Shown here one piece after another: positions 18,719 to 26,718 of a DNA stretch of 64,000 bases. The notes under the pieces were generated by a model that had not been told where the DNA came from, searched no databases, and saw only the letters and a program-made list of their open reading frames with translations. Made by a program: the position numbers and the translations under genes. The stretch is from Alphaproteobacteria bacterium (GTDB lineage: Bacteria; Pseudomonadota; Alphaproteobacteria; UBA9219; RFNS01): positions 3,304 through 67,303 of the forward strand of contig JBASFQ010000017.1 in NCBI GenBank assembly GCA_049653105.1, read 5' to 3'. Positions within the stretch are counted from its first letter, which is position 1, and each line of letters opens with the position of its first letter.

Positions 18719-19477
18719 TCATTCTTTGCGATCAGAACAAATAACGAAAGCAATTGCACCAACCACGAGGGTCACGAACAACTGTATGCGAAGCATTTCT
18801 TTATCAACTGCCTCTACAGCCCCTGTTATTGAACTACCGACAACATGGGACGGCGGAAAAAGCAGCATTCCCAACATCACTGCGGCAATGACAATAAGAA
18901 TCTGTCTGCGCTGTTTACCCATGTTTATGCCTATGGGAATTTGCTTTCTGCCCCATTTCTCGATCAACTCGGTCAGGCCATGGTCGGGCGGATCGGGCAG
19001 CGTGACCCTGAACCGGACATAGAAATCCCCGGCGGGGTTCCGGCCATAGGGCGGCAAGCCCTTGCCGCGCAGGCGCAGCAACGTGCCGGTGCTCACGCCC
19101 TTCGGCACCTTTACCATCGTCGTGCCGTCGAGGGTTGACACCTTGATGTTCGCTCCAAGTAGCACCTCGGTCAAACTGACCGTCGCATCAAGGTAAATGT
19201 CGCGGTTGACGCGGGTAAAATGCGGATGCGACGCGACTGCAATTTCAACGATGGCGTCTCCCGCACCATCCAGCCCGGCCAGCCCTTGGCCCTTCAGTCG
19301 TAGCTTGGTGCCGTTTTCGGAGCCAGGAGGGATATTGACATCGAGGGCCTTGCCGGAAGACAGCGTAACGCGCTGCTTGGATCCAAGGCACGACTCGACA
19401 AAACCGACCGCCAGCGCATAGGTCACATCGCCGCCGAAGCCCCCGCGCTTTCTTCTGCCGAACAGCTCGGCGAACAT
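18719..19477 (-). CDS. DnaJ C-terminal-domain (CTD I/II) protein with a C-terminal TM anchor; no J domain
   Basis: G/F-like segment DIFAEMFAELFGRRKRGGFGG, then DnaJ-CTD-like beta repeats (VTYALAVGFVESCLGSKQRVTLSSGKALDVNIPPGSENGTKLRLKGQGL ... YLDATVSLTEVLLGANIKVSTLDGTTMVKVPKGVSTGTLLRLRGKGLP ... GDFYVRFRVTLP), then two hydrophobic helices. The upstream 195 nt overlap the preceding lipoprotein gene in another frame, so there is no room for a J domain. Start placed at an internal ATG. Confidence 0.5.
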   Translation of the reverse strand: MFAELFGRRKRGGFGGDVTYALAVGFVESCLGSKQRVTLSSGKALDVNIPPGSENGTKLRLKGQGLAGLDGAGDAIVEIAVASHPHFTRVNRDIYLDATVSLTEVLLGANIKVSTLDGTTMVKVPKGVSTGTLLRLRGKGLPPYGRNPAGDFYVRFRVTLPDPPDHGLTELIEKWGRKQIPIGINMGKQRRQILIVIAAVMLGMLLFPPSHVVGSSITGAVEAVDKEMLRIQLFVTLVVGAIAFVICSDRKE

Positions 19478-19542
19478 CTCGGCAAAAATATCATGGGTGG
19501 TAGATTCGCCAATCGGATCGCCGTCGCCCTTTGTGCGCCATT

Positions 19543-20178
19543 TCACCGCTTCGCCATTTTCTTGGTTTCCCAATCTCTCAGTCCTTCGCGGATATAAAGG
19601 GCGGTATTCTGAACAATCTCCTGAACGGCGGATTGCCCGGCTTTGGCGACGGCCTCGCCAATGGCGGGACAACTCAGGTGAACTTCGACAGCACCAGAAC
19701 CTTTGCCGATTGGGGAATACTGATAGACCAGTCCGGTTTTGTCGGTGATGGCCAGAGTCGTGGTCAAGACAATATCGCTGTTCGCTGTGGCACTGAACAA
19801 GGCCGGGACAACAACCAGCTTGCTGTCCGCATTGCCTTGATAGATGGTGATCTGAGCGTCATATTTGTTTTTTTGAAGCTGTTCCGGTGACAATGCGCCC
19901 GGCACGAAAGTAATTTTTCCTACCGACTTGGTCAGCACATCACGCATGGCGCTTTCGTAAGGGGCGTTAATGTCGGCATTAAAACTCATGATGGCGCAAT
20001 TCATGCCTTGTGGATCGACTTTCAGTGCCCAGCCGCCAGTTTGTATCGTAGCGGCAAAATTTCCGGGTATAGGGGTTAGCCCGGTCGGGGTTTGCACATT
20101 GACCGGAGGGATGGTCAACCGGCTGGTGCAGCCAGTCAGAATTAGGGCAACGCATAGAATAAGGATGTTGCGTGTCAT
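19543..20178 (-). CDS. Lipoprotein (lipobox LTGC)
   Basis: MTRNILILCVALILTGCTS...; no other motif recognised. Confidence 0.5.
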   Translation of the reverse strand: MTRNILILCVALILTGCTSRLTIPPVNVQTPTGLTPIPGNFAATIQTGGWALKVDPQGMNCAIMSFNADINAPYESAMRDVLTKSVGKITFVPGALSPEQLQKNKYDAQITIYQGNADSKLVVVPALFSATANSDIVLTTTLAITDKTGLVYQYSPIGKGSGAVEVHLSCPAIGEAVAKAGQSAVQEIVQNTALYIREGLRDWETKKMAKR

Positions 20179-20192
20179 GGCATGTCACCTTT

Positions 20193-20627
20193 TTAATTTA
20201 TGAAATTGACGCCTTCGGGACGTTTGATCTGCACGGGAAGCTGGATAGCGGACAGCACCCGTTGGTAGCCGCCGTAATTTTGGATCATAACTCGTTCTCC
20301 CGATGCCATAATCCGTTCGCCGGTCGGGGTCTCCTGAACGATTGTGAGCGTTACGCCTGACTCCAGCGTGACGGTGTATTCCACGCCCCTGCGGTTCGAT
20401 AATGCCTGTTCTGCAAGCCCAACAGCGACGGCACCGAGTATCAATCCGCCAGCTACGGCTCCCGCATTGCCTGCGCCAGAGCCAATTTGACTGCCGATCG
20501 CTGCGCCACCTGCGGCACCGCCTAATGCGCCAAGGCCGGCATTTTTTCCGGTAATATCAACCATGCGGGTGCTGATAATGGTGCCGAAACTGACGGCGGA
20601 GGATTTGCCGACTTCGTCATAATTATA
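20193..20627 (-). pseudogene. SlyB-like glycine-zipper outer-membrane lipoprotein gene, 5'-truncated by the IS5-family insertion
   Basis: The glycine zipper (GLGALGGAAGGAAIGSQIGSGAGNAGAVAGGLILGAVAVG) and the preceding VSFGTIISTRMV resemble SlyB. The reading frame continues upstream without a start, straight into the IS inverted repeat, and no signal peptide or lipobox remains. Confidence 0.55.
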
Positions 20628-20645
20628 AGAGTCCGTACCGGAACA

Positions 20646-21002
20646 TTACGAAGGATTACAAAGCCGCCTGAGCATAAGGCGGATTGAGGCGAGGCGAATG
20701 TAAGCAAGTGCTGAGCGGGTGAGATTTTCCCAATCCTTGGCAAGACGACGGCAACGATTGAGCCAAGCAAAAGTGCGCTCAACCACCCAACGGCGCGGCA
20801 AAACCTCGAAGCCCTTGGCTTTGTCAGAGCGTTTGATAATTTCCGTTTTTAGTTGCGGCATAACTTTCGCCAACGCCTTCTGGAACTGTGGCCCCTGATA
20901 ACCACCATCGGCAAAAAGCTTTTCCAAAAACGGGAACATGCCGAACAACGTCGACAGCACCAATTTACCGCCATCACGATCCTGAATGTCTGCGGGATGC
21001 AC
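20646..21002 (-). CDS. IS5-family transposase, C-terminal DDE ORF
   Basis: DDE_Tnp_1-like C-terminus (GGYQG ... VVERTFAWL). Confidence 0.75.
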   Translation of the reverse strand: MHPADIQDRDGGKLVLSTLFGMFPFLEKLFADGGYQGPQFQKALAKVMPQLKTEIIKRSDKAKGFEVLPRRWVVERTFAWLNRCRRLAKDWENLTRSALAYIRLASIRLMLRRLCNPS

Positions 21003-21022
21003 GATGGCGTGCAGCAGAAAGC

Positions 21023-21484
21023 CTAGCGTATCGACAAGAATATGCCGCTTTTTGCCTTTGATCTTTTTTCCCGCATCAAAGCCGTTCGGGTCAATTTGCG
21101 CCCCCCTTTTTCTGCGCTTTTCACGCTTTGGCTATCAATCACGCAGGCGGTAGGGCTGGCTTCGCGCCCAATCTGTTCGCGACACTGCACATAAAGCGCG
21201 TGATGGATGCGCTCCAGCGTGCCGTCGTAATTCCAGAGATCAAAATAGCGGTGCAGCGTCGTCTTGGATGGAAAATCTTTGGGCACATAGCGCCATTGGC
21301 AACCGGTGCTCAGCACATACATAATGCCGTTGACTACTTCACGCATGTTCACGCGGCGCTTGCCACCACCCGATTTGGCGGGCGGTATGAATGGTGCAAT
21401 ATGCGACCATTCGTCGTCGGTCAGATCACTTGGGTAACGCAGCTTATCCCGGTTGTAGCGCGGGCGGTTTTCTCGTGTCCACAT
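21023..21484 (-). CDS. IS5-family transposase, N-terminal ORF
   Basis: WSHIAPFIPPAKSGGGKRRVNMREVVNGIMYVLSTGCQWRYVPKDFP (DUF4096-type). Confidence 0.75.
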   Translation of the reverse strand: MWTRENRPRYNRDKLRYPSDLTDDEWSHIAPFIPPAKSGGGKRRVNMREVVNGIMYVLSTGCQWRYVPKDFPSKTTLHRYFDLWNYDGTLERIHHALYVQCREQIGREASPTACVIDSQSVKSAEKGGRKLTRTALMREKRSKAKSGIFLSIR

Positions 21485-21565
21485 CAGCAGCCCCTCCTAT
21501 CGGGCTGCCTATATATGAATCACAAATGATTCATTCAATTCAACAAGTTTCGGAACGGACACTTA

Positions 21566-21948
21566 CAGCAAAAGAAACGCGGGAACTGACCGCTGAGGAA
21601 AGAGAATTCAGGAGCAAACGAAAGTTGGTGCAAGAAAAGCTCATCAAGTTTGCTACGCGAATCCCGGCTTTCATGTATCTCACCGACTTCCGTGAAAACA
21701 CTGTGCAGGATGTTATCACAAAGATCGAACCTGATCTATTCCGCACGGTCACAGGCCTTACTGTCCAAGATTTTCACCTGCTGGTAAAACTACGCGTGTT
21801 CAATACCGAGCAGATGAACCAAGCGGTGTTTGCCTTCCGGAGATACGAGGATGCTTCACTAAGATACACAGGCATCGAAAGCCACCAAGGCCTTAGTCAC
21901 TATGGCTTGTACGATACAGTTGTCGCAAAGGAAGCAGTTCGTTACTGA
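21566..21948 (+). CDS. Small hypothetical ORF immediately upstream of the ATPase gene (start uncertain, candidates GTG about 21627 or ATG about 21672); possibly clipped by the IS
   Basis: The frame opens only 45 nt left of the IS and has no ATG before the IS. The C-terminal 100 aa (IPAFMYLTDFRENTVQDVITKIEPDLF...) are unrecognised. Confidence 0.3.
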
Positions 21949-21984
21949 GTGTATGTAGACAGAGCCTGAATTTAAGAGGAAGCG

Positions 21985-24264
21985 ATGCTGAAAAAAATAG
22001 TCACAATTAAGAATGTTGGCCGTTTTCGTAATTCAGCAGCCGCAGGCGTGCCAGAATTTGCAAAGCACAGCTTTATATTCGGTGCAAATGGTCATGGCAA
22101 AACAACAATATGTGCAATCCTCAGATCGGTAAAAACCGGCGAGGCGTCGCATGTTGTCGGCAGGAAGACATTAGGAGTTGCTGATTCCGTAGGCATCGAT
22201 ATCCTAACGAATAGCGGATTGGTCAAATTCAGAGGGGCGGCATGGGATAGTGCCAAACCAGAAATAGCCATCTTCGACAGCAGTTTTGTTTCTGATAACG
22301 TTCATTCTGGCGATATTGTCGATAGCGACCAGAAGAGAAATCTTTATCGCGTCATCATAGGAGAGGTCGGCGTTGCGCTGGCCGTAAAGGAAAAAGCTCT
22401 TGCAGAAGAGAGCCGAACAAAAACAACGGAGATAACGCACTCTGCCGCAGCACTTCAGCCGCATATGGTCGGCATGAAGGCAGATGAGTTCGTAGCGCTT
22501 CGGCAGATCGATGAAATCGACCAGAAGATTGCAGCGCAGGAGAGCACGCTAACCGCCATCAGAGAAGCCGACTCTATCAAGAAGCAGAAGGAGCTGACTA
22601 AAGTTATTATCCCTGACCTTCCGGCCTACTTCGCTGGTCTTATGGCCAAGACAATAGACGACATTGCGAAGGATGCAGAGCAGCAGGTTAGAACACATTT
22701 TGAAGCCCACGGCATGACAACAAAAGACGGCGCGAATTGGGCCGTACAACAGATCGACCACACTGCCGATTCCTGTCCTTTTTGCGGCCAGGATACTAAG
22801 GGCCTTTCTCTGATCGCAGCCTATAAATCTGTCTTCAGTGACCAATATAAGGTGCTGCGCCGCGATATTAAAGTAATGAAGGACGGTATAGACCAGGCTA
22901 TGGGTGAAACGGCCATAGCTAAGCTCGAAACTTTTACCGTGACCCATAAGGCCACACTTGAGTTCTGGACCAAATACTGCCTTCTGAGCCAGACCGACTT
23001 ACAACTTCCCGCTGACTTGGCACAGGCTATCACGGGCATGCACTCAGCTGCCACTGTTCTTATTGAAAGGAAAGCATTAGCTCCATTGGAGGCCATAGCA
23101 ACCGATCAAAGTTTTTTACATGCGCAAGCCGCCTATGAGGCTATTAAAGATAAGGTTATCAACTTCAATCAAGCAGTTGAGACTGCCAACTCTCTTCTTG
23201 TCGCTCAAAAGGCCGCGGCCGGGACGGCCGATCTAGCCGTTGCTACCACGGAGATGAACAGACTGAAAACCAACAAGGCCCGTTTCGACGCCGCTGTAAT
23301 TCCGCTATGCGCAAATTATCAAGCTCTTGTGACCGCCCAAATAGAACTTGAGACACAAAAAAAAGCGATTAGAGATCAGCTAGACCAGCATACGAAAACC
23401 GTTGTCACACCATATCAGAAGCGGATTAATGAACTTCTTGAGAATTTTAATGCAGAATTCTCTATTGCTGAGACAAAACATAGCTATGTCGGAGGCTCCG
23501 CCACATCGACATATAGGCTTGTTATAAATAGAACGCCGATTGATATTGGCGGCGGAAATACGCCGATAGATACACCTAGCTTTAAAAACACTCTAAGTGC
23601 AGGTGACCGCTCGACCCTTGCCTTGGCGTTCTTTTTCGCTCACCTGGAACGCGATCCAGGTCTTACTCAGAAGGTTGTTATCTTTGACGATCCATTTAAT
23701 AGTCAGGATGCCTTCCGCCGTCGGCAAACCATCCTTGAGATTGTCAAACTCGGCAAACAATGTGCGCAGATCATCGTGCTCTCGCATGACCCTACATTTC
23801 TGAAACAGATTTGGGATAAATGCCTTCCGGTAGAGCGCGTCGCGCTTGCGCTTGCCGATCACGGGCAGCAAGGCACCAAAATCATGGCGCATGACCTAGA
23901 ACGGGCGTGCCAGGGAAGGACGGCAACAGAGACAGATGACCTGCAGGCTTTTATGACCCTTGGCACAGGACACCATATTGACATTATTCGCAAAATGCGG
24001 ACTGTCTTGGAAACCTACATGAAGACAACTTATCCAGCGCTTTTTAGTGATACGGATTGGCTAGGAGATATTGTTGGGAAAATACGAGCTGGCGGGGCCA
24101 CATACCCAGCTGTCTGCCTTTATGACGAGCTAGACGCAATCAACGACTACACCAAGCCTTATCATCACGGAGAAAAAATCACGGACAGGACCCCAGATAC
24201 GATTGATTCATCAGAACTGCGTGGCTTCACTAAACGGACATTGCGCATCGTTAACGCGATCTAG
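21985..24264 (+). CDS. AAA_13/RloC-like Rad50-type ATPase: split ABC head with a long coiled-coil insertion and a CxxC zinc hook; possible anticodon-nuclease-like C-terminus
   Basis: Walker A FGANGHGKTTICAIL at the N-terminus. About 400 aa of heptad-rich sequence with a central CPFCGQD. ABC signature/Walker B/H-loop near the C-terminus (LSAGDRSTLALAFFFAHL ... KVVIFDDPFNSQD ... IVLSHD). About 160 aa follow the H-loop. Confidence 0.55.
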   Translation: MLKKIVTIKNVGRFRNSAAAGVPEFAKHSFIFGANGHGKTTICAILRSVKTGEASHVVGRKTLGVADSVGIDILTNSGLVKFRGAAWDSAKPEIAIFDSSFVSDNVHSGDIVDSDQKRNLYRVIIGEVGVALAVKEKALAEESRTKTTEITHSAAALQPHMVGMKADEFVALRQIDEIDQKIAAQESTLTAIREADSIKKQKELTKVIIPDLPAYFAGLMAKTIDDIAKDAEQQVRTHFEAHGMTTKDGANWAVQQIDHTADSCPFCGQDTKGLSLIAAYKSVFSDQYKVLRRDIKVMKDGIDQAMGETAIAKLETFTVTHKATLEFWTKYCLLSQTDLQLPADLAQAITGMHSAATVLIERKALAPLEAIATDQSFLHAQAAYEAIKDKVINFNQAVETANSLLVAQKAAAGTADLAVATTEMNRLKTNKARFDAAVIPLCANYQALVTAQIELETQKKAIRDQLDQHTKTVVTPYQKRINELLENFNAEFSIAETKHSYVGGSATSTYRLVINRTPIDIGGGNTPIDTPSFKNTLSAGDRSTLALAFFFAHLERDPGLTQKVVIFDDPFNSQDAFRRRQTILEIVKLGKQCAQIIVLSHDPTFLKQIWDKCLPVERVALALADHGQQGTKIMAHDLERACQGRTATETDDLQAFMTLGTGHHIDIIRKMRTVLETYMKTTYPALFSDTDWLGDIVGKIRAGGATYPAVCLYDELDAINDYTKPYHHGEKITDRTPDTIDSSELRGFTKRTLRIVNAI

Positions 24265-24382
24265 GCATAAATCGAAATATAGACCTGAGAGAAGAAGGCC
24301 GATGCAAGCTCTTCACAATGAAGCGAGTTAAAGGTTCCCAAGGAGTAGACCCGATACCGAACTCTAGAGTCTGCATGATAGG

Positions 24383-25663
24383 TTGCCTATGCATTTTGCT
24401 TCAGAGGTTAACACAAACGAACTGCGGTGCATTCTCTCGCGGTTTTTATCTATTATTGGCTACATAAAATTAAAGCCACGTTTGGAGCAGATTGAGAAAC
24501 AAGCAAGAAACTCGGAATGGATGCGCTATTCTAAAGAGCGTCTTGGATTAGAGACGGCTCTAATTGAGGTTCTGTCTTACCAGAAATCTACGAATCGTAT
24601 TCTTTGGCCCCCTAGAAATCCAAGCCAGTATCGCTTGTACTCATTTATATCAACTGTTGTAAAAGTTTATAACCGCCTTCCTTCTCCAGCAAAAGTGAGG
24701 CTCACTGGAGAACTAAACAAATGCATTAACCAAGAAGATGGCTTTGGGCCTCTTGCATTTGAAATGAATATGGCAACTCATCTTATGTCGGCAGGATTTG
24801 ACGTCACATTCTCTGATCTTGAAGGACAAGCGCAATTTGATTTACTGGCTTGTAAAGACAATTGTGTTGTTGAGGTCGAATGCAAGTTCGTCTCAGCGGA
24901 TATAGGCCGGAAAATTCATCAGAGAAAATTTCTTCAACTGGCTGAACACCTCAGGCCATCGCTAGAAAATATTATTGAAAAGTCAGACGGGGGTACCTTC
25001 ATAAAAGTAGAACTAGTCGATAGGTTGTCTGCCAGCACGGAAGAGTTTGAACTAATTCGCAACAGTCTAGAAGAGGTTTTAAGAGGACAGGAAACAAATT
25101 CTCTGCGGCTGTCGGTGACAAAAAATAGATTTAACTTTTCTGAAAGCCCGATTGTTTCAGGCACAAGGAACCCTAGAATGCTTTTGGATTTGCAGGAGTA
25201 TGTCGCTAAATATTTTAACGTGAATAACTCGCACATCATGTTGCGGGCAGACATGAGCAGGGCAACTGCCTTACTTTTATCGGTGAGCAGCAAAAAACCC
25301 GATAGGGTCTTAAATAGTATATACGAAAAGCATTTACGTGAATCATCCAGACAATTAACAGGAACGAGAACAGGTATAGCATGCCTCTATTTTGCAGATT
25401 TAAGCGAAGATCAACTCCATGAGGTGGCTGGAACCGAATCCCATCTAATCAATGTCGTAAATCATATCCTAAGAAGAAGACCTAAGATGTATGGCGTTGT
25501 TCTAATGACGAGTGGAACAGTAAGGCAAAAAGACAGTAGGTTGCTATATGTACCGACGGTCACAAATGAAACCGGACCTGCTTACTCTTTTCGCAACCCA
25601 TTCGCTTCACCAGATGAAGCTGCAAGCGACGTATTCAATAAAATATTTGGCACCCATAATTGA
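24383..25663 (+). CDS. Hypothetical protein with a PD-(D/E)xK restriction-endonuclease-like core
   Basis: E(AFEMNMATHL)-x27-D(FDLLA)-x10-EVECK matches the E...D...ExK arrangement. Low GC. 118 nt downstream of the ATPase gene. Confidence 0.45.
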   Translation: MPMHFASEVNTNELRCILSRFLSIIGYIKLKPRLEQIEKQARNSEWMRYSKERLGLETALIEVLSYQKSTNRILWPPRNPSQYRLYSFISTVVKVYNRLPSPAKVRLTGELNKCINQEDGFGPLAFEMNMATHLMSAGFDVTFSDLEGQAQFDLLACKDNCVVEVECKFVSADIGRKIHQRKFLQLAEHLRPSLENIIEKSDGGTFIKVELVDRLSASTEEFELIRNSLEEVLRGQETNSLRLSVTKNRFNFSESPIVSGTRNPRMLLDLQEYVAKYFNVNNSHIMLRADMSRATALLLSVSSKKPDRVLNSIYEKHLRESSRQLTGTRTGIACLYFADLSEDQLHEVAGTESHLINVVNHILRRRPKMYGVVLMTSGTVRQKDSRLLYVPTVTNETGPAYSFRNPFASPDEAASDVFNKIFGTHN

Positions 25664-25722
25664 GTGTATCGCCATCAAAGGCAATAGCCTGAACTTTTAG
25701 AAGGCAGCCGCTGAGGAATAGC

Positions 25723-26706
25723 ATGGGCATCTTATCATTTTTGTTTGGACGTAACAGCCGGAAGTCACCCCATCGCATTGGTCAGAATAGCGCTCATTCG
25801 GTCACTTTTGATGAAAACCTTCTGCACATAGGTTCATTGAACTATTTTGGTTTTTATGAAACTTCTGAAACTGGAGAATGGGTAGTTAGCTGGCTAGATT
25901 CTGATCGTGAAAACCATGTGGGTGGATTTCGTGAACAAGGTCATGGTCGGTTCATATTGTACAATAAAATTGAGGATACAATCATTTTAGATAGCAAATT
26001 TGAGCGGCCAAATCATGGACACGTTGCTAATACTGGATTCTGCACGGTCGAAGATTGGATGTTTGGAAATGGACTAATGGGAACATTCTACGCTCTCTCG
26101 CCAGTAGGCGAAGTAGTAATTGAACGATATTTTGAGGCTAACATTTATAATAGTGCCATTTCGCCTAAAGGTATTCTTGCAGTATGCCAAACCTGTAACG
26201 CTAAGTGCGATGATGGCAATAAGTTGACTGCATTCGAGATCTCATCTGGAAGACAACTATTTTCTGTTACCCCATCAACAGGATGGGCTGATAGATACGA
26301 ATTTGATGAAGACAGTTATCAAATAATCGTTGTTCATGACCGTATAGGTAAATTCAGGTATGACATAAAGGGAACATTTCTCGATACGCAAAAATTCGAT
26401 GCCGACAAACTAATGTCGGATGATTCTGTATCCATTCTTTTAACAGTCGAGCAAAATCTGAAAACAGAGACGTCACAAGAAGAACTTGAATATCTGCTTA
26501 AATCGACTCTCCGTGCAAAATCTTTGCAAGTTAAAGAGCCAAATGGCTGGGATTCCGTCGCGCTTAAACTTGAAGGCATAACCCTTGAAAAATTGGGAAG
26601 AATAGATAAAGCTATTGTTGCTTACCAAGAAGCTCTATCTTTAAATCCTAAAATTGGTGTGGCCAAGCGCCTCTCGACATTGCAGAAGAAATTAAAGGCC
26701 GAATGA
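25723..26706 (+). CDS. Hypothetical protein with a C-terminal TPR-like helix pair
   Basis: 327-aa ORF 59 nt after the previous gene; the C-terminal ...IDKAIVAYQEALSLNPKIGVAKRL is TPR-like. Otherwise unrecognised. Confidence 0.4.
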   Translation: MGILSFLFGRNSRKSPHRIGQNSAHSVTFDENLLHIGSLNYFGFYETSETGEWVVSWLDSDRENHVGGFREQGHGRFILYNKIEDTIILDSKFERPNHGHVANTGFCTVEDWMFGNGLMGTFYALSPVGEVVIERYFEANIYNSAISPKGILAVCQTCNAKCDDGNKLTAFEISSGRQLFSVTPSTGWADRYEFDEDSYQIIVVHDRIGKFRYDIKGTFLDTQKFDADKLMSDDSVSILLTVEQNLKTETSQEELEYLLKSTLRAKSLQVKEPNGWDSVALKLEGITLEKLGRIDKAIVAYQEALSLNPKIGVAKRLSTLQKKLKAE

Positions 26707-26718
26707 TCTTCTTTAAAA

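Larger units (their letters stand above)
20628..21563 (-). mobile_element. IS5-family (IS427/ISL2-group-like) insertion sequence, about 936 bp, flanked by a TA target duplication
   Basis: Two frameshifted transposase ORFs (DUF4096-like N-terminal part plus a DDE C-terminal part with VVERTFAWLNRCRRLAKDWE). Terminal inverted repeats AGAGTCCGTACCGGAACATT and AAGTTTCGGAACGGACACT are about 17/20 complementary. TA occurs on both flanks (20626-27 and 21564-65). Confidence 0.75.

Noticed and set aside
19478-19672. A J domain at the N-terminus of the DnaJ-CTD protein (using the full 317-aa track ORF)
   Set aside because: The upstream 195 nt encode the C-terminus of the preceding lipoprotein in another frame. 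The translated extension (MSRHWRGRRQSRAIRRSGDCSEY...) is Arg-rich junk with no HPD motif.
21985-24264. Calling the ATPase a definite anticodon nuclease (RloC/PrrC)
   Set aside because: The Rad50-like head, coiled coil and single CxxC hook fit RloC. The catalytic Arg-Glu-His constellation of the ACNase domain could not be verified by eye in the C-terminal 160 aa. Kept as a hypothesis only.
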